A stretch of DNA of 64,000 nt from Candidatus Chisholmbacteria bacterium RIFCSPHIGHO2_01_FULL_52_32 (GTDB lineage: Bacteria; Patescibacteriota; Microgenomatia; UBA1400; Chisholmbacteraceae): assembly GCA_001816585.1 (NCBI GenBank), contig MHCJ01000003.1, positions 156,228 to 220,227 of the forward strand, read 5' to 3'. Below, one piece after another: positions 39,156 through 48,941 of this stretch (positions within the stretch are counted from its first letter, which is position 1; each line of letters begins with the position of its first letter). Both the position numbers and the translations under genes were made by a program. The notes below the pieces were generated by a model. That model was not told where the DNA came from, ran no database searches, and saw nothing but the letters and a program-made list of their open reading frames with translations.

Positions 39156-40322
39156 TCATGAGATTTTGCGGGAAGTGTAAAAGAGCACAAATGCAGTAGC
39201 TGCCATGACGCTTCCGTACCAGAACGTGGCGGACGCGCCAAACTTCGTCCAGAGAACTCCGCCGATAAATGAGGCCAGAAATCCGGCAACGGCGGTTAAA
39301 GTCTGGTGCAGACCGAAGAAGGTTCCTGATTCTTCCTTTTTGATAAATTCCGAAATATAGGCTTTGGAGACACCGTCGGTTGCGGCTATGTAGAGCCCAT
39401 ACACCGGAAACAACAGCCAAAGCCAGTCGGATGTTTGAATTAAGCCGAACGCAGCGTAGACTACGGAAAACACCAGAAGACCTCCAGCGAAAACCTTTCT
39501 TGCCCCGATAGTATCGGCAAGGCTTCCCAATGGTGTTGCAAAGAGTGTTTGGGTGACGTTATAGAGCACGTAGACCAATACAACGAGTGTCGTGGTGAGC
39601 CCGAGCTCTTTTGCCCTAAGCAGCAGAAACACATCGGAGCTGTTGCCGATTGCGAAGAGAAAGCTCACCAAGAGAAACAGTTTGAGCCTTGGCGAAATTG
39701 ATCCCCATGATAGATTGACCAGCAGGTGAGTATCGCCGTTCCAGTCTCTCTTTTTCCTTTCGCGAACGAAGAGGAGGAGCAGGAGGACCCCGATAGATGA
39801 CGGGATAAATGCCAGAAAAAACATCAGACGCATGTTTTCCTTCAGGAGGTAGAGAAGAATTAGAGCCAGAAGCGGACCCAGGACCGCGCCGAGGCTGTCA
39901 AACGCCCGGTGAAAACCGAAGATGAAGCCTTTGTTTTCGGGAGTAGCGTTTTCGAGGAGCAAGCTGTCGCGGGCGGCCGTCCGCAACCCTTTACCAAGAC
40001 GATCGCTGAACCTGGCAACGAGAACTAAATGCCAGGAATAGGCAAGGCCGATCAGCATTTTCGAGATTGTCCCGAGGGAGTAGCCGGCAACCACAAACGG
40101 TTTTCGTTTTTTCAGATAATCAGAGATGTAGCCGAAGATGAACTTTGAGAGGCTTGCCGTTGCTTCGGCAATGCCCTCGATCAGTCCTACGATGGCAATC
40201 GGCGTGCCCAGGACTGTTGTCAGGAAAATCGGAACGATCGGATAGATCATTTCCGCGGCGATGTCGTTGAAGAAACTTACCAAGCCCAGGAGAAAGACAT
40301 TGCGCGGGATTTTTTTACTCAC
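39156..40322 (-). CDS. MFS transporter
   Basis: ND.AAEM..P, DRLGKGLRTAARD, FHRAFD; about 12 TM helices. Confidence 0.9.
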   Translation of the reverse strand: MSKKIPRNVFLLGLVSFFNDIAAEMIYPIVPIFLTTVLGTPIAIVGLIEGIAEATASLSKFIFGYISDYLKKRKPFVVAGYSLGTISKMLIGLAYSWHLVLVARFSDRLGKGLRTAARDSLLLENATPENKGFIFGFHRAFDSLGAVLGPLLALILLYLLKENMRLMFFLAFIPSSIGVLLLLLFVRERKKRDWNGDTHLLVNLSWGSISPRLKLFLLVSFLFAIGNSSDVFLLLRAKELGLTTTLVVLVYVLYNVTQTLFATPLGSLADTIGARKVFAGGLLVFSVVYAAFGLIQTSDWLWLLFPVYGLYIAATDGVSKAYISEFIKKEESGTFFGLHQTLTAVAGFLASFIGGVLWTKFGASATFWYGSVMAATAFVLFYTSRKIS

Positions 40323-40344
40323 GGACTTATTCTAGCGAAGTCCT

Positions 40345-41250
40345 TTACAAACCTCTACCGTCACCTTCGCTTTGCCCTTTCAATACTTCGATGATCTCGT
40401 CGAGATCTCCGTCGAGAACTCGCTCCAGTGAGTGCCAGGATTTGTTGAGGCGATGGTCGGTAATACGGTTTTGGGGAAAGTTGTAGGTACGGATCTTCTC
40501 GGCCCGCATCCCACGACCGACGGCGGTTTTTCTGGCAGAATCAATGGTTCGGAGGCGTTTTTCTTCTTCGAGCTCCCAGAGCTTTGCCCGGAGAAGTTCG
40601 AGCGCGATGGCTTTGTTCTGCTGCTGAAACCGTTCCTGGCGGACATTGACGATTGTACCGGTCAGCTTATGGGTGAGTCTTACGGCGGTGTTCACTTTGT
40701 TGACGTTTTGACCGCCGTGCCCTCCGGACCTGGTGAATTGCCACTCCAGGTCATCGGGGTTTACAACAATTTCTGATTCCGGGATTTCCGGAAGCACCGC
40801 GACGCTCGCGGTTGAGGTGTGGATTCTTCCTCCCCGCTCCGTCTCCGGTATCCGTTGGACCCGGTGGACACCGGACTCGTATTTGAGGAGGCCGTAGGCG
40901 TTTCGGCCTTTCACTTTGAGGGTGTCGTTGTCGAGTTCCAGAGTCTCTAATCCTCGAATAGATGCGAAGCGCATGTACATCCGCCTGAGATCCTTAGCCC
41001 AGATTTTTGCTTCATCACCTCCGGCTGCGCCTCTGATTTCAATGAGGGCGTTTGAAGCGTCGGTTTGAGATGTCCTGGTTTCTTGGCGTGGAGACGGAGT
41101 GTTTGTGCGTGTACTTAAAAGAAGTCGTCTTTGGTCCTCGAGCCTTGTAATTTCGTCGTTGGCAAGCGGGAAGAGTTCAGGGTCAGCGAGCAATTCCCGG
41201 TTTTTTCGGATCTCTTCGTCGAGGCGGTTTACTTCGTCCTGAATGGACAT
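40345..41250 (-). CDS. prfA: Peptide chain release factor 1 (short N-terminus)
   Basis: ESGVHRVQRIPET (PxT), GGQNVNK, RTYNFPQ.R.TDHR. Confidence 0.93.
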   Translation of the reverse strand: MSIQDEVNRLDEEIRKNRELLADPELFPLANDEITRLEDQRRLLLSTRTNTPSPRQETRTSQTDASNALIEIRGAAGGDEAKIWAKDLRRMYMRFASIRGLETLELDNDTLKVKGRNAYGLLKYESGVHRVQRIPETERGGRIHTSTASVAVLPEIPESEIVVNPDDLEWQFTRSGGHGGQNVNKVNTAVRLTHKLTGTIVNVRQERFQQQNKAIALELLRAKLWELEEEKRLRTIDSARKTAVGRGMRAEKIRTYNFPQNRITDHRLNKSWHSLERVLDGDLDEIIEVLKGQSEGDGRGL

Positions 41251-41329
41251 AGAGAAAATAAATTACAAATTACAAATACGTGACAAACTTCAAGTTACAA
41301 ATTTCTTTGAAATATTGCAATGGGGATAC

Positions 41330-41620
41330 TTACTGAGCAGGTTTCTGGAGCATTTCCTTGAGTGTCAGCGGGCGAGGGGATTTCCTTTCTTCCAGCTTCT
41401 TTTTCCTTGGCCTGAGCACGGCTTGTTGCTGTTTTTTCATAAAGCGTTCGATTCTTCCTTGGGTATCCACGAGCCTCAACTCGCCGGTGTAGAAGGGGTG
41501 GCAGTTATAACACAGGTCAACCTGGATTTCCGGTTTCGTTGAACCGATGGTAAAGGTATTCCCGCAGGCACAAGTCACCTTGGCTTCGGGGTAGTAGGTG
41601 GGGTGGATGTCTGATTTCAT
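41330..41620 (-). CDS. rpmE: 50S ribosomal protein L31
   Basis: MKSDIHP, CACG, CHPFYTG. Confidence 0.96.
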   Translation of the reverse strand: MKSDIHPTYYPEAKVTCACGNTFTIGSTKPEIQVDLCYNCHPFYTGELRLVDTQGRIERFMKKQQQAVLRPRKKKLEERKSPRPLTLKEMLQKPAQ

Positions 41621-41703
41621 ACTTCTGCAAGCTCAGTATTTTTAGCTTATCGGAGAGGATTTTAGCACCTTTGAAGGTAAAACACAAAAGTACTGGAGTG
41701 CTT

Positions 41704-42915
41704 TCAGGAATGCTTTGTCGTGTTTTTCTTCCGGTAGATCGCGAGGGCCTTTTTGATGATTTCAACAGAACGGGCGAGGGCGCGGGAGTTGAGGACGTAG
41801 GCGATACGGACTTCGTCTTTGCCATGGTTTTTCGAGAGGTAAAAGCCATCTGCGGGGGCGAGCATGACCGTTTCGCCCCGGTCGCGGAAATCCGTGAGCA
41901 ACCACTTGGCAAAGGCTTCTGCATTTTTGACCGGAAGTCTAGCAACACAGTAGAAGGCTCCTTCCGGCTTTTGCACGAAGACCCCTGGGATTTTTTGCAA
42001 AGCCCTAATGAGAACATTCCGTCTTTTCTTGTACTCGCGGTTGACTTTGGCAAAGTAGCTGGTTTGGGTTTTGAGGGCTTCTACAGCTGCGTATTGTTCG
42101 ACTGACGGAGAGGCAAGTCTGGCTTGGGCGAACTTTGTCACTGATTCCAGGATTTTCTGATTATATGTTACCAAGCAACCCAAGCGTGCTCCGCAGAGGC
42201 TATACCGTTTTGAGAAGCTGTCAACCAAGATGACGTGCCGCGGTGTTTTTCCGTAGGTGAGAAGACTTTTGGGCAGAGTCCGTTCATAAGCAAACTCCCG
42301 ATAGGTTTCATCGGAGATCACGAACAACTCATGTTTGATGGCAAGGTTGTTGACCATGGCAAGCTCTGAAGGTGTGTAGAGGGTTCCGGTTGGATTATTG
42401 GGGTTGTTGATGATGATCGCCTTGGTGTTCGAAGTGATGTGGCGTTTGATCACATCAGGGCGGGGGAGGTGAAAGCCAGTCTCAGCACGTGTGGTGATGG
42501 CTCGAAGGCTAACCGCGGCCATCGCGGCAAAGCCAAGGTAGTTCGCGTAGGTCGGCTCAAAGACGAGCAGTTCATCTCCCGGATCGCAGGTTGCGAGAAT
42601 CGCGAAGAGGATCGCTTCGGATCCTCCGGTTGTGACGATGATGTTCTCAGGGTCTGCGGGAATACCAACGCCATGGTAATAGCTTGCCAGTCCCAAACGG
42701 AGCTTGGGGTTCCCGAGGGAATTCTCATAGGCAACAACTGACTTCGGATAGGAACGGATGGCTTTGAGGAATTTCGGAGGAGATTTAATATCCGGTTGGC
42801 CGATGTTGAGGTGGTAGATCTTTACCCCTTGTTTGGTTGCCGCATCTGCGAAGGGAACCAGCTTTCGGATAGGGGAGGCAGGGGTGATGACGGCGCGGCG
42901 GGAGATGGATGGCAT
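41704..42915 (-). CDS. PLP-dependent aminotransferase class I/II
   Basis: NIGQPD, NNPTG, DETY, SFSKRYSLCGARLG. Confidence 0.93.
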   Translation of the reverse strand: MPSISRRAVITPASPIRKLVPFADAATKQGVKIYHLNIGQPDIKSPPKFLKAIRSYPKSVVAYENSLGNPKLRLGLASYYHGVGIPADPENIIVTTGGSEAILFAILATCDPGDELLVFEPTYANYLGFAAMAAVSLRAITTRAETGFHLPRPDVIKRHITSNTKAIIINNPNNPTGTLYTPSELAMVNNLAIKHELFVISDETYREFAYERTLPKSLLTYGKTPRHVILVDSFSKRYSLCGARLGCLVTYNQKILESVTKFAQARLASPSVEQYAAVEALKTQTSYFAKVNREYKKRRNVLIRALQKIPGVFVQKPEGAFYCVARLPVKNAEAFAKWLLTDFRDRGETVMLAPADGFYLSKNHGKDEVRIAYVLNSRALARSVEIIKKALAIYRKKNTTKHS

Positions 42916-43012
42916 ATGGCTTATGGCTGATGGCTAATGGCTGATGGCTAAATGCTTATAGCATAGGGGAGGGAGAATATCTAATTTCTAAACCCTAAAC
43001 CCTAAACCCTAT
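42911..43012. repeat. Heptamer tracts (ATGGCTN and AAACCCT)
   Basis: One tract contains the aminotransferase start codon; the other contains the DMT gene stop codon. Confidence 0.8.
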
Positions 43013-43924
43013 CTCCCTTCTTCTCGGTTTGTATTCCGTGAGGAAGACGCCTAGGGCGATAAGGATGGCACCGACGAGAAAGGGGAAGGTGATAGGTTCT
43101 CCCAGCCAGAAGATTGCCAGAGGCGCGGCAAACAGGGGTTGAAGATAGACAAACAGAGCTGTTTCTGAGGCCTCGATGGTCCTTAAGCCCACGTAGTGGG
43201 TGTAGTAAGCAATAAGGTACGAGAAGATCGCCATGAAGCCAATGCCTAAGAGTGCGCCTGAGTTGGTGAGAACCAAACGGACCTCAGCAGGTGCCAGGAA
43301 GTTCGGATTTTCCCAGAGTGCCAGGGGAAGAAAAGTTGCGAGGGCGACGAACGACGACCAGGCTGTATGGAGAAATGGAGGGTGCTTGCGGAGATCCTCT
43401 TTGGCGATCAGGGTGTAGGCGGCCCATTCGATGCCTGCCGTAAGGATCAACAGGTTCCCGATGAGGTTTTGTCTGGCGAAAGCAGCCTCTTCCAGGAACG
43501 GTTGCAGGATGGTGACGGTCGTGCCGGTTATGGCGATTGCCAGGCCGATCCTCTCGATTTTCGTGACTTTTTCTTTGAGAAACATGACTCCGCCGATGAC
43601 AATGAAAATCGGGGTGAGGCTGTTTATCAGGGTTCCGTCCAGGGCACTGGTCTTATCGAACCCGAGAAAAATGAGCCCCAGGTTGATCGTGGTGGCGAGG
43701 ATCGCAAGGAAGGTGAGCTTCGGAAGGTCTTTGATTCGGATGGAATTTTTCCTAAGGTGCCAGATAAATGGGAGCACAATCACAAGTGAAGAGAGCAGGA
43801 AACGGTAAAAAAGGAAGGTGAATGGAGGAACGAAACCTAGGGTGAATTTGATCACGGGGCCGGCAAACCCCCAAATGGCTGTGGCGATTAAGAGGGCAAT
43901 GTAGGCAGAGCGTCTCTTTGGCAT
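42995..43924 (-). CDS. DMT/EamA family transporter
   Basis: IWG, two EamA repeats, FLKEK, LGE. Confidence 0.9.
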   Translation of the reverse strand: MPKRRSAYIALLIATAIWGFAGPVIKFTLGFVPPFTFLFYRFLLSSLVIVLPFIWHLRKNSIRIKDLPKLTFLAILATTINLGLIFLGFDKTSALDGTLINSLTPIFIVIGGVMFLKEKVTKIERIGLAIAITGTTVTILQPFLEEAAFARQNLIGNLLILTAGIEWAAYTLIAKEDLRKHPPFLHTAWSSFVALATFLPLALWENPNFLAPAEVRLVLTNSGALLGIGFMAIFSYLIAYYTHYVGLRTIEASETALFVYLQPLFAAPLAIFWLGEPITFPFLVGAILIALGVFLTEYKPRRREIGFRV

Positions 43925-43927
43925 GGA

Positions 43928-45247
43928 TTACTTTGGAGTTAGTCTGTGGGGAAGATCCGAGCGGGAAATGGTTTCCTGGATGCCCGAGCGCAGATCCTTG
44001 ACCGTTACCGTCCCATTGGCGGCTTCGTCCGGGCCAATGATGACCACAACGGGAATCCCTTTTTTGTCGGCGTATTTGATTTGGTGGGCCAGATTTTCCT
44101 TCGGATCTAGGTAGATTTCGGTATTGATCCCCAGACTGCGAAGCTCGTTTGCCAGTTCGGTTGAGGGTGCGATGAGATTTTCGTTGAAAATGGTAACGAG
44201 GACCCGGCTGGTGGTAGTTTCTTTCGGAAGCAGGTTTGCTTTCCCCATTGCTTCGATGAGGCGCTCGATGCCGAAGGCAAAGCCGACCGCGGGAATTTGC
44301 TTGCCAGAGAAGATGCCGATCAATTTATCGTACCGTCCGCCTCCGCCTACCGAACCTACCTCATACCCTTCAATGGTGGCTTCGATGATCATGCCCGTGT
44401 AGTAGTCGAGACCCCTGGCAAGAGTGGGAGTGTAGAACACGTGCTTTTGTGGGACGTTGAAGTCTTTCAGATGGTTCATGACGGCATCAATCGGCTCGAG
44501 GGAAAGATCACTTTGCTTTTTCTTGGGGAGGAGGGGTCTCCTGCCGAGAAGTCCCATGAGCGTTTCGATCTTCGTTTGGGGAATCCCCTTGTCTGTAAGC
44601 TCCGCAATGACCTTTTCCTCGCCGACTTTTTCCAACGTATCAAGGACGCGGGTGACCGGCGCGGTCATCGAGGTTGTGATCCCGCTCTCCCGAATGGCGC
44701 TTTCGAGAACACGGCGATCGTTTAATAGGATCAGGAATTTCGTGAAGCCAAGGTTCGTTAAGATCGCGTCAACGACGGCGATAATCTCGGCGTCGGCGAT
44801 GGGGGAGGAAAGACCGACGATATCAAAATCGCACTGGAGAAATTCTCTGTACCGGCCGGCCTGCGGCTTTTCGGCGCGCCAAGCCGGTTGGAGCTGATAG
44901 CGCTTGAACGGCATGGGGAGCTTCAGTCCGTGCTGGGCTACCACTCGGGCCAAAGGAACGGTTTGGTCGTAGCGGAGCGCCACCTCGCGGCCCCCTCGAT
45001 CTTGGAACTTGAAGATAAGATGTTCGTCCTGGCCATATTTTCCCTCGAGGATCGAGGTGTACTCCAGGGCGGGAGTTTCGAGGGGATCGTATCCGAATCG
45101 TTCCAAAACAGCGGTCATTTTGCTGAGAACGAACCGCCGCTTGGAGGCCTCCTCGGGGAGCGTATCGCGGAATCCTTTGGGCGTTTGGGGGGTCGCTCTG
45201 GTCTTGGTTATAGATTGATGATAACACCTCCGCAGGCTTGGGGACAA
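43928..45247 (-). CDS. hisS: Histidine--tRNA ligase (start uncertain)
   Basis: PKGFRD, LRYDQT, GRYREF.QCDFD, RGLDYY, GGGRYD. Confidence 0.96.
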   Translation of the reverse strand: MSPSLRRCYHQSITKTRATPQTPKGFRDTLPEEASKRRFVLSKMTAVLERFGYDPLETPALEYTSILEGKYGQDEHLIFKFQDRGGREVALRYDQTVPLARVVAQHGLKLPMPFKRYQLQPAWRAEKPQAGRYREFLQCDFDIVGLSSPIADAEIIAVVDAILTNLGFTKFLILLNDRRVLESAIRESGITTSMTAPVTRVLDTLEKVGEEKVIAELTDKGIPQTKIETLMGLLGRRPLLPKKKQSDLSLEPIDAVMNHLKDFNVPQKHVFYTPTLARGLDYYTGMIIEATIEGYEVGSVGGGGRYDKLIGIFSGKQIPAVGFAFGIERLIEAMGKANLLPKETTTSRVLVTIFNENLIAPSTELANELRSLGINTEIYLDPKENLAHQIKYADKKGIPVVVIIGPDEAANGTVTVKDLRSGIQETISRSDLPHRLTPK

Positions 45248-45267
45248 GGGAGGGGGAATATAAGAAG

Positions 45268-46089
45268 CTATTCTGTGGGTGATGGAGAGGTATCCGGGAG
45301 TTCTCTCGGTCTTTCGGAGGGAGTACTGGCTTCCGGTTCTTCCTGAAGCGATTCTTCTCCCCCTTGGGGCGCAAGAAGGTGGATGTTGACAAGGGTGGGG
45401 GATTGCCCTTTCGCGCTTTCGGTTTTTACGATAGCGACGGCCCGTCGTCCCTCGACGAGGTCATCTGTTGAGGCTTTTTTCACCGCTCCCCCTTCTGCAG
45501 TTGTGAGGATCGTGTCTTTCGTGAGTAGAGCTGTGAGGGTTTCTTGGGTTGGGAGTTCACCGGTGAGGAGATCTTTCTTCATATCAAACTTGAGGATTTT
45601 GATGAAATGAGGGAGGCGGTCGGCTGGCGGAGGAACCTCTTTCTCCACGATGATGCGCAGGGCCGCGAGGACCTGGTTGCCGTTTAAATGTCCCATCGCT
45701 ACGGTGTAGGAACCGAGCTCAAGGTCCGCGAGCTTTATGGTTTCTCTTTTCGGCATGCGAACAAACGTCGTTTCTGCGGAGACGCTCGCAAGGCGCGGTC
45801 CCTCTCTCGTTTCGATAGTTAAGGTGTGGTTTGCGATCGAGTCGAGGGTGCCAACCCAGGCTCGTTTGAGTTGGAGCGGTTGGTTGTCTTTGGCGGCCTT
45901 TTCCAACCTATCTTTAAGATTTTCTTTGATTTGTTCCTGAGGAATGGATGCATCGGTTGCACTGTCTTCCGTTGCTATTCCTCCTACGAGGTTTGCGCTC
46001 CCGAGGTAAAGGATTAGCGCGATGCATCCAACAAACACTATGATGGGCGAAAGAGACTTGGTTCTTCGATCGTTTCGTGATTTTCTCAT
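45268..46089 (-). CDS. Hypothetical membrane-anchored protein with repeated OB-like segments
   Basis: N-terminal TM helix; two G.I....LT...T.....L..G patterns. Confidence 0.65.
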   Translation of the reverse strand: MRKSRNDRRTKSLSPIIVFVGCIALILYLGSANLVGGIATEDSATDASIPQEQIKENLKDRLEKAAKDNQPLQLKRAWVGTLDSIANHTLTIETREGPRLASVSAETTFVRMPKRETIKLADLELGSYTVAMGHLNGNQVLAALRIIVEKEVPPPADRLPHFIKILKFDMKKDLLTGELPTQETLTALLTKDTILTTAEGGAVKKASTDDLVEGRRAVAIVKTESAKGQSPTLVNIHLLAPQGGEESLQEEPEASTPSERPRELPDTSPSPTE

Positions 46090-46520
46090 AATTTGGCTGT
46101 CGAATACACGATGGTGAGCACAGTTTCGGCCTTTTTCCCTTCCGAATCAAAGGCGGTGATTGCAAGGTCGTTGGCGCCTCCCACGAGGGAGACGGCTGTA
46201 CTGAACTTGCCGCTCGCATCGGCTGTCAGCAGGTATTCATTCTCCTCGGCGATGATGGTTACCACCGAGTTCGGAGAGGTTACACCGGCTACCGTGATTT
46301 CATCCTGATCAACGAGGCTATTATTTTCCGGTTCACTGATGGAAAGGCTTTGAGTGGTTTGTTCGGGAGACTCAGCAGGGACGGGCGCCGTTTCAACCAC
46401 CTCGGCGGGTGGTTTCGTTTTGTTTTCTTTGATTGCTTTCCTGGCAGTGTACACCCCGAAAGCGACAAGAATTCCGATTCCGATGCCAACGAGGATGACG
46501 ATGACAATTTCTTTCCGCAT
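46086..46520 (-). CDS. Membrane-anchored Ig-like domain protein
   Basis: MRKE.. TM helix, Pro-rich linker, I..PEN, G.F...V.L..G.N. Confidence 0.75.
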   Translation of the reverse strand: MRKEIVIVILVGIGIGILVAFGVYTARKAIKENKTKPPAEVVETAPVPAESPEQTTQSLSISEPENNSLVDQDEITVAGVTSPNSVVTIIAEENEYLLTADASGKFSTAVSLVGGANDLAITAFDSEGKKAETVLTIVYSTAKL

Positions 46521-46692
46521 AGATGGGGTGTCAGGATATTGGCCGTTCCGGCAGAACAGGAGGATAGCGGAGGGTACTCTAACAAATGAGTCTCGTATTG
46601 TCAAGAAAACCGGGCTGTGATAGGATGCAAGATAGTTTAAAGTGTAAAGTTCAAAGTGAAAAGTTTGTCTTCCTGTCTTTTCACTGACAATC

Positions 46693-47355
46693 ATGGACAT
46701 TACGTACCTTGGGCACAGCTGTTTTAAGCTTCGCGGGAGAGAAGCGAGCTTAGTCACCGATCCCTATGCGTCTTCGGTTGGCTTTGCCATGCCGCGCGTC
46801 TCTGCTGACATCGTAACGGTATCTCATTTCCATAAGGATCACTGCTACACCTCGGGCGTGTCCGGCACCGCGCGCCGAACAGAACCGTTTTTGATTCAAG
46901 CTCCCGGAGAATATGAAATCTCCGGCATCTCTGTGTTCGGCGTGTCCTGCTTCCATGACGGGAAAAGTGGGACAGAAAGAGGGAAGAATACCGTTTTTAC
47001 CATTCATGTAGATGACGTTTCGATTGTTCATCTCGGGGATCTGGGGCATCGGCTTTCCGACCAAGAGATAGAGGCGATGGGGAGCTGTGATATCCTGCTT
47101 GTTCCGGTCGGAGGCGTTTATTCCCTTGACCCGAAGGAGGCGATCGAGGTCGTAAACCAGCTTCAACCTGCTGTGGTTATTCCCATGCATTACCGAACAC
47201 CGAAGCATAATCCAAAAGTTTTCGGCAAATTGGCAACCCTTGAAGATTTCCTTCATGAAGGCGGATTTGAGCAGGCAGCGCGAACGGAAAAGTTGACGCT
47301 CGCAAAGGGGAGTCTACCCAGTGAAATGGAAGTGGTGGTGCTAGAGAAAAGTTAA
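46693..47355 (+). CDS. MBL-fold metallo-hydrolase
   Basis: GHSCF, SHFHKDH, HLGD, PMHY. Confidence 0.92.
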   Translation: MDITYLGHSCFKLRGREASLVTDPYASSVGFAMPRVSADIVTVSHFHKDHCYTSGVSGTARRTEPFLIQAPGEYEISGISVFGVSCFHDGKSGTERGKNTVFTIHVDDVSIVHLGDLGHRLSDQEIEAMGSCDILLVPVGGVYSLDPKEAIEVVNQLQPAVVIPMHYRTPKHNPKVFGKLATLEDFLHEGGFEQAARTEKLTLAKGSLPSEMEVVVLEKS

Positions 47356-47438
47356 AAGTGAAAAGTGAAAAGTGAAAAGTTAAAGAGAGAGGAAGAAGCA
47401 CAGGGTGGCGGAGACGGAAGAGTTAAAAGTTTAAAGTT

Positions 47439-47479
47439 CCTCCTTCGCTTCAGCCGGCGCTGAAGCTACGGCGGACAGG
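47439..47479. mobile_element. Palindromic element (CCTCCTTCGC...GGCGGACAGG) inside a heptamer tract
   Basis: Same termini as the T-loop insert at 48961-49033. Confidence 0.7.
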
Positions 47480-47603
47480 GAAAAGTTAATATTTTCAAAC
47501 AAAGTCAACAAAAGAAAACACTTTAAGTCTCGAAATTCCAAGGAAACGTGAAATCGAAGCTTTGGAATTTTTGTTGCTTCAAGCCTTTGAAACTTTGAAA
47601 TTT

Positions 47604-48920
47604 ATGGCTGAAGGTCGCATTCCCCCCCATAGTGATGATGTTGAGCGGTCAGTATTGGGCGCATTCCTTATTGATCGAGAAGCGATCATTGAGGTTGCGG
47701 AATTTTTACGGCCTGAACATTTCTACGATGAGTCGCACCGGCGGATTTACCGTTCGGCGCTCGATCTCTACGAATCCGGTAAGCCGATCGACCTGGTTAC
47801 CATATCAGAGCGACTTCGGCAGCAGAAAAATCTTGCCAAAATCGGCGGGTCCTCCTATTTGGCACAACTTGCGGCTGCGGTTCCGACAGCCTCGAATGTG
47901 GAGCAGTACGGGCAGATCGTACGAGATCTAGCAACGAAGCGTGAGCTCATTAACGTTGCCGGTAAACTCGCTGAGTACGCTTTTGATGAAGCACGGCATG
48001 CGACAGAGGCACTCGATTTGGCGGAGCAGCAGATATTCTCGCTCTCCCAGAGGCATATGCAGCGGGTATTTATTCCCATCCGGGATGCTTTGGCGGAGAG
48101 TTTTGATCGACTTGATGAGTTGCACAAGACCGCCGGAGGTCTTCGGGGAGTGTCTACGGGTTTTGCCGACCTGGACGATACGCTCGCCGGAATGCAGAAC
48201 TCGAACCTCCTGATTCTTGCCGGCCGACCGGGATTGGGAAAAACCGCCATGGCGCTCAATATTGCTCAGTTCGTTGCGGTTACCTCGAAGATGCCGGTTG
48301 GGTTTTTTTCCTTGGAGATGAGCCGTGAGGAGTTGGTTGATCGGCTTCTCGTGTCGCAAGCAGATATTGATGCATGGAGGCTCAAGACGGGCAAGCTTAC
48401 CCCGGAGGATTTCGAGCGTCTCTCGAACGCGATGGGAATGTTGGCGGAGGCGCCGCTTTACATCGACGATACGCCGGCCTTGTCTGTTCTTGAGATGCGG
48501 ACCAAGGCCCGCAGGCTTATGGCAGAGGAGGGATTGCGGCTATTGGTGATTGATTATCTTCAGCTTGCTGTCGGAAGGCATTTGGAAAACCGCGTCCAGG
48601 AAGTAACGGAGATCAGCCAGGGCTTGAAAAATTTGGCGCGTGAGTTGAAGTTGCCTATTTTAGCTTTGTCTCAATTGTCGAGGGCAGTGGAACACCGAGG
48701 TTCAAGTCAACCGCAACTGGCGGATCTTCGGGAATCGGGCGCGATTGAGCAAGATGCGGATGTTGTCATGTTCCTTTACCGACAGGATGAAGAGGATCGG
48801 GAAAATCTCAAGCTTTGGGTTGCCAAGCACAGAAACGGGCCCTTACGGACAATTGACCTTCGATTCCGAGGGGACCGGATCCGGTTCTTTGGGACGGAGA
48901 AGAAGAGGGGAGAGAAGTAG
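47604..48920 (+). CDS. dnaB: Replicative DNA helicase
   Basis: PPH..D.E, GRPGLGKT, FSLEMS, IDYLQL, LSQLSR, DLRESGAIEQDAD. Confidence 0.97.
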   Translation: MAEGRIPPHSDDVERSVLGAFLIDREAIIEVAEFLRPEHFYDESHRRIYRSALDLYESGKPIDLVTISERLRQQKNLAKIGGSSYLAQLAAAVPTASNVEQYGQIVRDLATKRELINVAGKLAEYAFDEARHATEALDLAEQQIFSLSQRHMQRVFIPIRDALAESFDRLDELHKTAGGLRGVSTGFADLDDTLAGMQNSNLLILAGRPGLGKTAMALNIAQFVAVTSKMPVGFFSLEMSREELVDRLLVSQADIDAWRLKTGKLTPEDFERLSNAMGMLAEAPLYIDDTPALSVLEMRTKARRLMAEEGLRLLVIDYLQLAVGRHLENRVQEVTEISQGLKNLARELKLPILALSQLSRAVEHRGSSQPQLADLRESGAIEQDADVVMFLYRQDEEDRENLKLWVAKHRNGPLRTIDLRFRGDRIRFFGTEKKRGEK

Positions 48921-48941
48921 TAAAGGGATTTTAGCCCACGG

